NCBI RefSeq assembly: GCF_018402285.1
Contig: NZ_JAGYJH010000001.1
Span: forward strand, 83,589 to 147,588
DNA: 64,000 nucleotides
Source: Hyphomonas sp.
Lineage (GTDB): Bacteria; Pseudomonadota; Alphaproteobacteria; Caulobacterales; Hyphomonadaceae
Direction: 5' to 3'
Positions 24,782-34,610 of the stretch are shown here, one piece after another. Made by a program: the position numbers and the translations under genes. How positions within the stretch are numbered: the stretch's first letter is position 1; the number at the start of each line of letters is the position of its first letter. Under the pieces are notes generated by a model. The model saw only the letters and a program-made list of their open reading frames with translations, made no database searches and was not told where the DNA came from.

Positions 24782-26112
24782 TCAGTTTCCTCGAGGGCTT
24801 CATAGACAAGGCGGGCGGATGCGGCGCGGGCATCAAAGCCCGGTCCGGCGCCGCCGAAGTGCTGGATCATGCCGATGAAGTAAAGGTCGTTCGCAGGGTC
24901 CACCCAGAACCAGGTGCCCGCCGCTCCGCCCCACATATAGGCGCCGACAGGATAAGCCCGGTCTTTGCCCGGCTCCAGGACAACGGCCACATCAAGGCCA
25001 AAGCCGACCCCGGTCGCCTCATCGGCAGATGTGCCGTCATGGCCGATATAGACCCCGTTTGGCAGATGATCGGTCGCCATCAGGCGCACCGTCTCCGGCT
25101 TGAGGATCTGCACGCCGCCGAGCGTGCCTTCATTGACGAGCATTTGGGCAAAGCGGGCATAGTCGTCCATCGTTGAGACGAGGCCATGGCCGCCGCCTTC
25201 AAACGCAATGGTTTCCTTGCGGAACTGGAAGCCCGGGGCGCCGGCCGGGACAAAGCCCGAGCCATCCGGCGCGTTGACATAGACATCGGCAAACCGGTCA
25301 TACTCTGCTTCGGGAACGAAGAAGGCGGTGTCCTTCATGCCAAGCGGATCGAAGAGGCGGGTCTGGAAGAACTCCCCAAGCGTCTGGCCCGACAGTTTCT
25401 CGATCAGATAGCCCTGGATATCGACGGAGATCGAATAGTCCCAGGTGGTGCCCGGCTCGTGCAAGAGCGGGATGGACGAGACACGCTGCATAAAGGTGTC
25501 CATGTCCGGCGCAGCGAATATATCGAGTTCCCGGAACCTGTCATTCACATAGTCGCCCCCGCGCAGACCATAGCCGAAACCGGCGGTGTGGCTCATCAGT
25601 TCCTGGATGGTGGGCTGGCGGCTGGCAGGCTCAAGGATGGGCTGGCCATCTGTGTCCATACCCTTGAAAACCTGCAGGCTGCCCAGTTCCGGGATGTGTT
25701 TGGAGACCGGATCGTCGAGCTGGAACCTGCCTTCTTCCCACAGCATCATGAGCGCCACGCCCGTGACCGGCTTGGACATGGAATAGATGCGGTAGATCGT
25801 GTCTCCGGCAAGCGGGGCCTGATCGGCTTGCCGGCGTATACCGGCCTGGATGTCGGAGACGATCTTACCGTCCTTGACCAGCCGGGTCGCGATGCCCTTC
25901 ACCTGCCCGTCCGTCACATACTGCACCATCCGGTCTTCCAGCGCGCGAACCGCGTCCTGATCGAACGCCTCTGGCCCGGGCTGGGCCACAACCGAGAGGG
26001 GCTGAGACGTATCTTCGGGAACAGAGACGGCCGGGGCAGTAGCGCAAGCGGCCAGAAGGGCGGCCAGCGACAACGCCGCCGTTCCGGCAAGAGATTTCCT
26101 GAAGCTGGTCAT
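24778..26112 (-). CDS. Serine hydrolase lipoprotein (beta-lactamase family)
   Basis: Lipobox LAAC, YSMSKP, LMSHTAG, WDYS, WGGAAGT. Confidence 0.85.
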   Translation of the reverse strand: MTSFRKSLAGTAALSLAALLAACATAPAVSVPEDTSQPLSVVAQPGPEAFDQDAVRALEDRMVQYVTDGQVKGIATRLVKDGKIVSDIQAGIRRQADQAPLAGDTIYRIYSMSKPVTGVALMMLWEEGRFQLDDPVSKHIPELGSLQVFKGMDTDGQPILEPASRQPTIQELMSHTAGFGYGLRGGDYVNDRFRELDIFAAPDMDTFMQRVSSIPLLHEPGTTWDYSISVDIQGYLIEKLSGQTLGEFFQTRLFDPLGMKDTAFFVPEAEYDRFADVYVNAPDGSGFVPAGAPGFQFRKETIAFEGGGHGLVSTMDDYARFAQMLVNEGTLGGVQILKPETVRLMATDHLPNGVYIGHDGTSADEATGVGFGLDVAVVLEPGKDRAYPVGAYMWGGAAGTWFWVDPANDLYFIGMIQHFGGAGPGFDARAASARLVYEALEETE

Positions 26113-26225
26113 GGTGTTCTCTCCCGCCATTGGTCTTGCCCCTAACTGGCAGCGGCTGCTCTCTTCGGCAAGGCAGCAGTTGATTAGGTGTGGAAAACAG
26201 CTCTTTGCCCTGCCATATTGGGACA

Positions 26226-27047
26226 ATGAACGACACACATCTTCTCCTGCCCATGCGCACGGGCGAAATCCGGATCCACGATGCCGAAGGCTTCGAGGGG
26301 ATGCGCCGCGCCGGCCGTCTCGTCGCCGAATGCCTCGACATGCTCGTGCCGGAAGTAAAACCCGGAGTGACGACCGAGCACCTGGACAATCTGGTCCGCC
26401 AATTCGTTCAGGATAACGGCGCGGTTTCGGCCACGATCGGTTATCGCGGATACCGCCATGCCTCCTGCATCTCAGTGAACCACGTCATCTGCCACGGCAT
26501 TCCCGGCGGCAAGGCGCTGAAGGAAGGGGACATCGCCAATATCGATGTGACCCTCATCATCGATGGCTGGCATGGTGACCATAGCCGCATGTACGGCGTG
26601 GGCGAGGTAAAGCGCAAAGCCGAGCGCCTCATGGAAGTGACCTATGAGGCCCTGATGGCAGGCATTGCCGCAGTAAAGCCTGGCGGCCACTTTGGGGACA
26701 TTGGCGGCGCGATCAGCGAGATTGCCCGCCTCAACCGCTACTCCGTTGTCGATGATTTCTGCGGCCATGGTCTCGGCCGCCTCTTCCATGACGAACCCAA
26801 CGTGGTCCACTCGGCCAAGGCCGGAACCGGGCCGGTGCTCAAGCCTGGCATGTTCTTCACCATCGAACCGATGCTGAACCTCGGCCGCCGCGACGCTGCG
26901 ATCCTTCCCGATGGCTGGACCGCCGTGACCCGCGACCGCCAGCTTTCGGCCCAGTTCGAACACTCTGTGGGCGTGACCGAAACCGGCGTGGAGATCTTCT
27001 CCGCCTCCCCCAGGGGCTGGCATGAGCCTTACAAGGTGACGCTCTGA
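26226..27047 (+). CDS. map: Methionine aminopeptidase type I
   Basis: CISVNHVICHGIP, DVT..DGWHGD, GHG, FTIEPM, SAQFEHS. Confidence 0.95.
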   Translation: MNDTHLLLPMRTGEIRIHDAEGFEGMRRAGRLVAECLDMLVPEVKPGVTTEHLDNLVRQFVQDNGAVSATIGYRGYRHASCISVNHVICHGIPGGKALKEGDIANIDVTLIIDGWHGDHSRMYGVGEVKRKAERLMEVTYEALMAGIAAVKPGGHFGDIGGAISEIARLNRYSVVDDFCGHGLGRLFHDEPNVVHSAKAGTGPVLKPGMFFTIEPMLNLGRRDAAILPDGWTAVTRDRQLSAQFEHSVGVTETGVEIFSASPRGWHEPYKVTL

Positions 27048-27074
27048 CCCGGTCTCGGAGGGGGAGCGCAGCGC

Positions 27075-27571
27075 AGACGAAAACCCCGCTGCCAAGGCCA
27101 TCGCGACCGGCAGCGCGCCAGGCTCCTGAAGCGGGGCCCCGGACGACCATCAGATCCTGGAAAAGCTGCTCCAGGCCTTCATCCCGCGCCGGGCGCGAGG
27201 AGATCAAGGCGAAGGAGGTTATCCCCTCCTGGTCTGTGCTGGTAGCCTGTGTGCGCCGCGAGCTTCAGCATGAAAAGGACGAGCAGTTCTGCGTGATCTT
27301 CCTTGACCGGAAGAACCAGCTGATCCTGGACGAGATCATCGGCCGGGGCACGCTCGACCCTGCACCGGTCTATGCGCGCCAGATCGCGCGGCGGGCGCCG
27401 GAACTGCAGGCCTCCAGTCTCATCCTTGTCCACAATCACCCCGCCGGCGACCCCAAACCTTGGCGCGCAGACATCGGGATCACCGGCGAGATCATTGATG
27501 TGCCTTGGCTATTTGAACCTACCGTACACGGTCATCTCGTTTTCCGGACTTCCGGCCTCATCAAAGGCTGA
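27075..27571 (+). pseudogene. radC: Decayed RadC (JAB domain)
   Basis: N-terminal remnants GHRDRQRARL and QILEKLL..IPR, middle region missing, JAB motif altered to HNHPAGDPKPWRAD and HGH in place of HDH. Confidence 0.75.
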
Positions 27572-28289
27572 TCCGGCGCGTAATGCCGATGCGCGCGAGG
27601 AAGGCTTCGTCATGGCTGACGATCAGCAGCGCGCCATCATAGGCATTGAGGCCCGCCTCGACCGTTTCGAGCGAGGCAACATCCAGATGGTTCGTCGGCT
27701 CGTCCAGGATGAGCAGCTGGGGCGGAGATCGGCCGCCGAGGACGCAGGCAAGTCCAGCCCGCAGCCGCTCTCCGCCGCTGAGCGTCGATACGGTCTGCCG
27801 CGCGGCGCCCGCCCGGAACCTGAACCGCGCAAGCGCCGCGAGGCTGGCCCGTGTGCGCTGGCCGCCCGAAAGGCGCATGAGGGGTGTGTTGATGCCGATG
27901 CCGGAAAGGCCCGCCCGCGCCAGTGCTTCTGCGAGGCGCGCTTCCAGTGTCCAGTCGGCCTGGGCAAAGTCGTCTTCGGTGCCTTCACCTGCCTCAATGC
28001 GGGCAAGGCGCCCGAGCGCAGACCCGGCGCCGAACAGGCGCGCGAGGGTTTCTGCCGGCTCAGGCGTGAAGGACTGGCGCAAAGTTCCGATTGTGCCGGC
28101 CAGCCTGACGGCACCGAAGGCTGGCTGCGCCGCGCCGGCGATCAGCGTGAGCAGGCTCGATTTGCCGACACCATTGCGCCCCACAAGGCCAACGCGTTCC
28201 TGATTGAAACTGAAGCTGAGGTCTGAAAAAAGAACCCGGCCGTCAGCCAGGGCATATGTCACAGAGGCGAGTGTGATGGAGGCTGGCAT
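27561..28289 (-). pseudogene. ABC-F ATPase with in-frame internal deletion
   Basis: One Walker A (GRNGVGKS), two signatures LSGGQ and LSGGE about 25 aa apart, one Walker B (LDEPTNHLD); 242 aa. Confidence 0.75.
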
Positions 28290-28561
28290 TGCAAACATTC
28301 TTCCGGTGAACTGATCCGAGGGCGGTCATTTTCCGGAGAGTGTTCATGGCAGGGCGCCTCACGCTGACTTGTGGAATTCCATCCAGGCGGAGAAATTAGT
28401 CCCGCCCCGGGAAAAGTCCAACTCACCCGCCAGGTGAAACTGCAGCGCTCCCTGCGCCCTTCCCTGACGATAAGGCTTGCGGGCGGCAGCGGGACCGTTA
28501 CCGTCGCGACATAATCCAGCGCGCCGGCAGAAGCGTGTCTTTCCTGGGAGGCGAGCAACAC

Positions 28562-30061
28562 ATGACGGCAACCGCAGACGCGGCCGACACCGGCAACGGG
28601 CATATCACCGGTTTCGGCACCAAGCCGTATCGCTCCTATGTGCTGATTGCCCTGACGCTGATCTACACGCTGAACTTCATAGACCGGACCGTCATCACGG
28701 TTGTCGCCCAGCCGATCATCAACACCTTCTCCCTGAGTGACGCCCAATGGGGCCTCCTCACCGGCCCGCCCTTCGCCCTGTTCTATGCGCTGATGGGCAT
28801 CCCGATCGCGATGTGGGCAGACCGGGGCAACCGGGTCTTCATCATCGCGCTCTGCGTCGTTATCTGGTCTGTGATGACCGTATTGTGCGGCCTCGCCGCC
28901 AGCTTCATCTGGCTGCTGCTGTTCAGGGTCGGTGTGGCGATCGGCGAAGCGGGCTGCACGCCGCCGGCCAATTCCATCATCACCGATTACTACCCGCCCA
29001 AGAGCCGGGCGAATGCCATTGGCATTTACTCGATGGGGGTCACTATCGGCGGGGTGATGGCGCAGCTCTTTGGCGGCGCCCTCGCAGGCCTGCAGGGGGC
29101 TGATTTCGGAAACTTCCTGTCTTCCATCGGCCTCGGCGGCCTGTTCTCCGGCATCAACTGGGAAGAGGTGGAAGGCTGGCGCCTGGTCTTCGTAATCGTC
29201 GGCGCGCCGGGCGTCCTGGTTGCCCTGGTCCTCTGGCTGACGACGCGGGAGCCGCCGCGCGGATACTCCGATCCCAAAGGCAAGACGCCGATTGAGAAGG
29301 CCGGCTTCTTCGAGGCCTTCAAGGAGTTTGGCGCCAAGCCGACCTTCTGGTCACTATCTCTCGGGGCTGCCTTTGTTGCCTTTGTCGGCTATGGCCTGAT
29401 CAGCTTCCAGGCACCGTTCCTGATGCGGGTGCACGGGGTAAGTGTTTCAGAAGCGGCCATTCGCTATGGCGCGCCGCTGGCCGCTGTTGCCGCGTTTGGC
29501 ACGTTCCTTGGCGGCTTCCTGTCGGAAAAGTTCACCCCGCGTTTTCCGGCGATCGTTGCCTGGCTGCCGGGTGTGGGCCTGTTGATTGCCATCCCCGCCT
29601 ACATAGCCGCCTTCCTGACGCCATCCCTGACGATGGCGTTCTGGATGTGGGTGATCGCGGCGATTGCCCACTACGCCTATCTCGGCGCGCAATACACCGT
29701 CTCGACCGCCATCGTCAGCCCGCGCTCCCGCGCGACAACGGTTTCAGTGCTGTTGTTGATTGTCAGCCTTATCGGGAACGGCCTCGGGCCGATGTTCACT
29801 GGCATGATGAGCAGTGCCTTCATGGGCGGCATCATCAAGAAGAACGGTCTGGAAGAGGCCTTCGCCACCTTCAATCCCGGGCTATGCGCAGGGCGGATGG
29901 CGGAGCTCGGCGAAATGGGTCCGGCCCTCTGCTCGGCCTACGCTGAAGGCCTGCGCCAGTCGATGGTGGCCACGGTCATATTCCTGGTTATCGCCGCTGC
30001 CTTCTACTTCCTTGCTTCACGCACCTTCCTGAAGGATCGCTGGAGCCCCGCCGCCGATTAA
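28562..30061 (+). CDS. MFS transporter, spinster family
   Basis: LNFIDR, GIPIA..ADRGNR, GEAGCTPPANSIITDY. Confidence 0.9.
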   Translation: MTATADAADTGNGHITGFGTKPYRSYVLIALTLIYTLNFIDRTVITVVAQPIINTFSLSDAQWGLLTGPPFALFYALMGIPIAMWADRGNRVFIIALCVVIWSVMTVLCGLAASFIWLLLFRVGVAIGEAGCTPPANSIITDYYPPKSRANAIGIYSMGVTIGGVMAQLFGGALAGLQGADFGNFLSSIGLGGLFSGINWEEVEGWRLVFVIVGAPGVLVALVLWLTTREPPRGYSDPKGKTPIEKAGFFEAFKEFGAKPTFWSLSLGAAFVAFVGYGLISFQAPFLMRVHGVSVSEAAIRYGAPLAAVAAFGTFLGGFLSEKFTPRFPAIVAWLPGVGLLIAIPAYIAAFLTPSLTMAFWMWVIAAIAHYAYLGAQYTVSTAIVSPRSRATTVSVLLLIVSLIGNGLGPMFTGMMSSAFMGGIIKKNGLEEAFATFNPGLCAGRMAELGEMGPALCSAYAEGLRQSMVATVIFLVIAAAFYFLASRTFLKDRWSPAAD

Positions 30062-30098
30062 GTTTCAAACCATTTGCCTGACTGTCTTGGAGACCCGA

Positions 30099-31598
30099 AT
30101 GACCGACGCCGCCACTCCCAGCCAGACAACCACCGAAGCCGTCCCGGGCTACAAGACCGGATACGGGACCCCGCTTTATCGCGGCTATGTTTTGACTTCG
30201 CTGCTTGTTGTTTACATCTTCAACTTCATCGACCGCTCGATTTTCGGGATCCTGACCGAGCCGATGAAGCTCTCCCTGCAGCTTGAAGACTGGCATATGG
30301 GTCTGCTCGGCGGCCTCGCCTTCGCCATCTTCTACACAACCCTTGGCATCCCGATTGCCCGCGTCGCCGAACGCCGCAACCGGATGCTCATCATCATCAT
30401 CTCTCTGACCCTATGGAGCCTGATGACAGTGCTCTGCGGCTTTGCGACCAGTTTCCTGACGCTGTTCATCTTCCGCCTGCTGGTAGGCGTGGGCGAGGCA
30501 GGCTGCACCCCTCCGGCCCAGTCGGTGATCGCCGATTACTTCAAGCCGACAAGCCGGGCGACGGCCGCTTCAATCTACGCCCTCGGCGTTCCGCTGGGCG
30601 GCATGATGGCCGGCCTCGCAGCCGGTCCGATCAACGACTATGTGACCGGCGAAAATGTCTACAATCTGCTCGGTTCCTGGGGCTGGACCTGGGCGCAGGG
30701 TTTGGTGGACTGGAACAGCCTTGAAGGCTGGCGCATCGCATTTATCGCCGTAGGCCTGCCGGGCGTTCTCTTCGCCGTCATTCTGTTTTTCACGGTCAAG
30801 GAACCGCCGCGCGGCTATTCTGATCCTCCGGGCGCGCCGCGCAAGGCGGTGCCGGACGGGTTTGGAACGGTACTGAAGGATCTGATGCGCAAGCCCACCT
30901 ATGTGCATGTGGTTGCCGGCGCTGCCGTTGCCTCCTTCGCTGGGTATGGCGTGGCTGCCTTCTCGACCTCGTTCCTGCTGCGCACGCATGGGCTGACTCT
31001 GACTGAAGCGGCGCTGATCTTCTCGCTCGTGCTGGGTCTGATGGCTGCGCTGGGCGTATTCCTGTCGGGCTTCCTCGCAGACAAGCTGTCAGTGCGCTAT
31101 CCGACGGCACTCTCCTGGATGCCGGCGCTGGGCATGGGCCTGTCGGTCCCGCTCTACTGGCTTGGCTATCTCAGCCCTACCGTGCCGCTGATGATCCCGC
31201 CACTGATGCTGGCGGCGACGCTCCATTACTTCTACCTCGGCCCGATGTATGCGGTCTCCGCAGGCGTTGTGGACAGCCGGACACGGGCAACGGCCGTCGC
31301 AATCACCCTGTTTGCCGTCAACCTGATCGGTATCGGCCTTGGACCGACGCTCGCAGGCCTCCTGTCCACGGCTTTCAAGACGATGTTCATCAACGGATCA
31401 GACCTCGGCCTGACGCTTGCTATGTGCCGTGATGTGACCGGGCTCGCGGCTGAACAGGCCGCCGGGTGCCGGAGCGCGGACGCACGCGGCCTGCAGTACG
31501 CGATCGTGGTCTTTGCCTCGCTTTATGGCTGGGCAGCGATCCACTACCTGCTGGCCGGCAAGACGCTGAGCCGTGACATGCTGCCGAAAACTGCGTAA
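30099..31598 (+). CDS. MFS transporter, spinster family (tandem paralog)
   Basis: FNFIDR, GEAGCTPPAQSVIADY, EPPRGYSDP shared with the upstream gene. Confidence 0.9.
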   Translation: MTDAATPSQTTTEAVPGYKTGYGTPLYRGYVLTSLLVVYIFNFIDRSIFGILTEPMKLSLQLEDWHMGLLGGLAFAIFYTTLGIPIARVAERRNRMLIIIISLTLWSLMTVLCGFATSFLTLFIFRLLVGVGEAGCTPPAQSVIADYFKPTSRATAASIYALGVPLGGMMAGLAAGPINDYVTGENVYNLLGSWGWTWAQGLVDWNSLEGWRIAFIAVGLPGVLFAVILFFTVKEPPRGYSDPPGAPRKAVPDGFGTVLKDLMRKPTYVHVVAGAAVASFAGYGVAAFSTSFLLRTHGLTLTEAALIFSLVLGLMAALGVFLSGFLADKLSVRYPTALSWMPALGMGLSVPLYWLGYLSPTVPLMIPPLMLAATLHYFYLGPMYAVSAGVVDSRTRATAVAITLFAVNLIGIGLGPTLAGLLSTAFKTMFINGSDLGLTLAMCRDVTGLAAEQAAGCRSADARGLQYAIVVFASLYGWAAIHYLLAGKTLSRDMLPKTA

Positions 31599-31609
31599 GG
31601 GCGCCGCCT

Positions 31610-32596
31610 ATGGCGGTATACACGCAAGTTTCCGATGAAGCGCTCGCAGGCTTCCTCGCCGGGTATGATCTCGGCGAGGCGCTTGCGTTCAAGGGCATCG
31701 CCGAGGGCGTCGAGAATTCGAACTTTTATCTCGAGACGCGCAAGGGACGCTACATCCTCACCCTCTTCGAGAAGCGGGTGAACGCGGCCGACCTGCCCTA
31801 TTTCATCGGCCTGAAACAGCATCTGTCCTCAAATGGCTTTCCTTGTCCCAAGCCGGTCATGGGGCAGGACGGCCAGGCGCTGCGCACGCTGGAAGGCCGC
31901 CCGGCGGTCATCGTCACTTTCCTGGACGGTCTCTCCCCCCGGCGCCCCAGCGCGAAGCAGTGCCGCGCCCTGGGTGAAGGGCTCGCGCGCATGCATCTTG
32001 CGCTCGCTGACTTCAAAGGCCATCGGGAAAACGCGCTCGGCCCCGCCTCCTGGCGACGGTTATGGGAGGGGCGCGGCGCAGACGCCGAAGCGCTCCAGCC
32101 CGGCCTCGAAGCGGAGGTGGATGCCTGTTTCGAGCAGATCAGCGCGGCACGCGCCTTTGCCGATGAGCTTCCGCGCGGCACCATCCATGCCGATCTCTTC
32201 CCCGATAACGCCTTCTTCCTTGGGGACACGTTCAGCGGCGCCATCGACTTCTATTTCGCCTGCACCGACGCCCTGGCCTATGACCTTGCCGTCTGCCTCA
32301 ATTCCTGGGCCTTCGAGGAAGGCAACGCGAGCGATGCCTCGCGTCTGGAATATAATTTCTCCAAGGGATCTGCCCTGATTGCCGGATACCAGTCCGTGCG
32401 CCCGCTTGAGGCTTCTGAACGCGAAGCCTTGCCGGCCCTCTGCCTGGGCTCGGCCATGCGGTTTTTCCTGACACGGCTTGCCGACTGGTCCTCGACGCCG
32501 GCCGGTGCCCTCGTAAAGCCCAAAAACCCTCTTGAATACGCCGCCCGGTTGGCTTTCCATCGCAAGATGGCAAGCGCCGAAGGCTATGGGGCATGA
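31610..32596 (+). CDS. thrB: Homoserine kinase type II
   Basis: MAVYT, GVENSNF, ILTLFEKR, IHADLFPDN, IDFYFAC, RFFLTRL. Confidence 0.95.
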   Translation: MAVYTQVSDEALAGFLAGYDLGEALAFKGIAEGVENSNFYLETRKGRYILTLFEKRVNAADLPYFIGLKQHLSSNGFPCPKPVMGQDGQALRTLEGRPAVIVTFLDGLSPRRPSAKQCRALGEGLARMHLALADFKGHRENALGPASWRRLWEGRGADAEALQPGLEAEVDACFEQISAARAFADELPRGTIHADLFPDNAFFLGDTFSGAIDFYFACTDALAYDLAVCLNSWAFEEGNASDASRLEYNFSKGSALIAGYQSVRPLEASEREALPALCLGSAMRFFLTRLADWSSTPAGALVKPKNPLEYAARLAFHRKMASAEGYGA

Positions 32597-33183
32597 GCGA
32601 ACACCCGGTATCGGGACTTCCACGAGACACTTCACCTGCAGACGATGTCCTGCCTGCCTATGCCATGGCCTCGCGGCCGAGGCGCGTGAAGCGGGTCAAG
32701 CTTGCGCTCCTTCTGTCGTCAATGGCCGCCTGCGTCGTTGTGGCGATTGTCGGGTTTCTCGTGATGATGCTCAGTTTCATGGTTTTCGAACTGGCCGGCC
32801 AGACGCCGGGCCCGGCGGTCGGCGCCGGAGACTTTCGCGGCGGGGCGCTGCTGGCGGCCCAGCTGTCGGCGATGAATTTCATCCTGTTTTTCATAACAGT
32901 TCCAGCCGCCGCCCTGGCGCTGGGCCTGTCGATTGCCCGCTTCCCGCACAGGGGCATTACCCACATGATCCCTTACCTCCGCTGGGGCGCGATCTGGGGC
33001 GGCTTCCTCGTCGGAGGCACCACCTTTGTCTTTGGCCTGTTTGGCGGCCCGGCCTCGGCCGTCGGAGCGCTTATGTGCGGCGGAGCCATTGGCAGTCTGG
33101 CTGGCACCTTCTGCGGCTTCCTGTTTCACGCCATCGTACAGCCGGCCCGCCAGGTTACGGAAATGGATGTGAGTGTCTTCTGA
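32593..33183 (+). CDS. Hypothetical membrane protein
   Basis: ATGA coupling to thrB; about four TM segments. Confidence 0.65.
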   Translation: MSEHPVSGLPRDTSPADDVLPAYAMASRPRRVKRVKLALLLSSMAACVVVAIVGFLVMMLSFMVFELAGQTPGPAVGAGDFRGGALLAAQLSAMNFILFFITVPAAALALGLSIARFPHRGITHMIPYLRWGAIWGGFLVGGTTFVFGLFGGPASAVGALMCGGAIGSLAGTFCGFLFHAIVQPARQVTEMDVSVF

Positions 33184-33225
33184 AGCCGCCTTGACGGCGG
33201 CGCCAAAGCCCCGCACCCCGCTCCC

Positions 33226-33678
33226 ATGACCGACAAAGACATCATCGAAATCTGGACTGACGGCGCCTGCAGCGGAAATCCCGGCCCGGGCGGCTGGGGT
33301 GCGCTCATCCGCTGGAACGGCCATGAGAAGGAACTCTATGGCGGCGATCCGGCCACGACCAACAACCGCATGGAAATGATGGCCGTGATCGAGGCGCTGG
33401 GCGCTCTCAAAAGGCCGTCAAAGGTCACGTTGAACGTAGATTCCACCTATGTGAAGGACGGCCTGACCAAATGGATCAAGGGCTGGAAACGCAATGGCTG
33501 GAAAACCGCCGACAAGAAGCCTGTAAAAAATCAGGAATTGTGGATGGCGATGGAAGAAGCCTGCAAGCGCCACGACATCACCTGGGTCTGGGTGAAGGGT
33601 CACGCCGGAGACGAGGGCAACGAACGCGCCGACGGCCTCGCCCGCAAAGGCACGGATGAAGTCCGCGGACAGAAATAG
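33226..33678 (+). CDS. rnhA: Ribonuclease HI
   Basis: [33 protein letters not shown]. Confidence 0.97.
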   Translation: MTDKDIIEIWTDGACSGNPGPGGWGALIRWNGHEKELYGGDPATTNNRMEMMAVIEALGALKRPSKVTLNVDSTYVKDGLTKWIKGWKRNGWKTADKKPVKNQELWMAMEEACKRHDITWVWVKGHAGDEGNERADGLARKGTDEVRGQK

Positions 33679-33704
33679 CCCTTCTGGAACTTATCGCCTG
33701 CAAT

Positions 33705-33744
33705 GAAAAACGCCCGGAGAGCTAAAACTCTCCGGGCGTTTTTC
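33705..33744. terminator. Bidirectional terminator
   Basis: GAAAAACGCCCGGAGAG-CTAAAA-CTCTCCGGGCGTTTTTC between rnhA and ctrA. Confidence 0.85.
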
Positions 33745-33762
33745 TCAAAGGTCTCAGGAAGC

Positions 33763-34476
33763 TCAGGCGGCTTCTTCGATCTCGCTGGTTTTCTGGTTCG
33801 GGCGCGGATCACGCAGCACATAGCCCCGTCCCCAGACGGTTTCGATATAATGGTTGCCGCCGGTGGCCTGCTGCAGCTTTTTGCGCAGCTTGCAGATGAA
33901 GACGTCGATGATCTTCAGTTCCGGTTCGTCGAGGCCGCCATAGAGGTGGTTGAGGAACATTTCCTTGGTGAGCGTCGTTCCCTTGCGCAGGGAAAGCAGC
34001 TCGAACATGGCGTATTCCTTGCCGGTGAGGTGGACGCGCTCACCGTCGACTTCGACGGTCTTGGCATCAAGGTTCACCAGAATGTCGCCGGTGCGGATAA
34101 CGCTCTCGGCGTGGCCCTTGGAGCGGCGCACGATGGCCGTGATCCGGGCAATCAGCTCGTCCTTGTTGAACGGCTTGGTGAGGTAATCGTCGGCGCCGTA
34201 GCCGAGGGTTTTCACCTTCGCTTCGATGTCCGGATTGCCCGAGAGGATCATCACAGGCGTGTTCACCCGGCTCATGCGCAGCTGCTTGAGCACCTCAAAT
34301 CCGGTGATGTCCGGGAGCGACAGATCCAGGAGGATCATGTCAAACTCATAGACTTTGCCAATATCAACACCGTCTTCACCAAGGTCGGTGAGATAGACGT
34401 TGAAGCCAGCGGCTTTGAGCATCAGCTCGATTGAGCGGGCCAGTGCCCGATCATCTTCAATTAGCAGGACGCGCAT
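33763..34476 (-). CDS. ctrA: Cell-cycle master response regulator CtrA
   Basis: [59 protein letters not shown]. Confidence 0.97.
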   Translation of the reverse strand: MRVLLIEDDRALARSIELMLKAAGFNVYLTDLGEDGVDIGKVYEFDMILLDLSLPDITGFEVLKQLRMSRVNTPVMILSGNPDIEAKVKTLGYGADDYLTKPFNKDELIARITAIVRRSKGHAESVIRTGDILVNLDAKTVEVDGERVHLTGKEYAMFELLSLRKGTTLTKEMFLNHLYGGLDEPELKIIDVFICKLRKKLQQATGGNHYIETVWGRGYVLRDPRPNQKTSEIEEAA

Positions 34477-34484
34477 CGCTCGTC

Positions 34485-34600
34485 TCCCGAATCATCCTAA
34501 GGTCAGTCGTAACTGGTTTGGTTAACATTGTGAATCCTAACGTACCTTTATTAACAGGTATTAAAAAAGCGTTGGAACACAGACGAATTGATTCACTTTC
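34485..34600 (-). promoter_or_regulatory. ctrA promoter region with TTAA half-sites and GANTC sites
   Basis: TTAAC at 34522 and 34551, TTAA-N6-TTAA at 34551-34564; GANTC at 34489, 34532 and 34590. Confidence 0.6.
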
Positions 34601-34610
34601 TCTGAACGGA

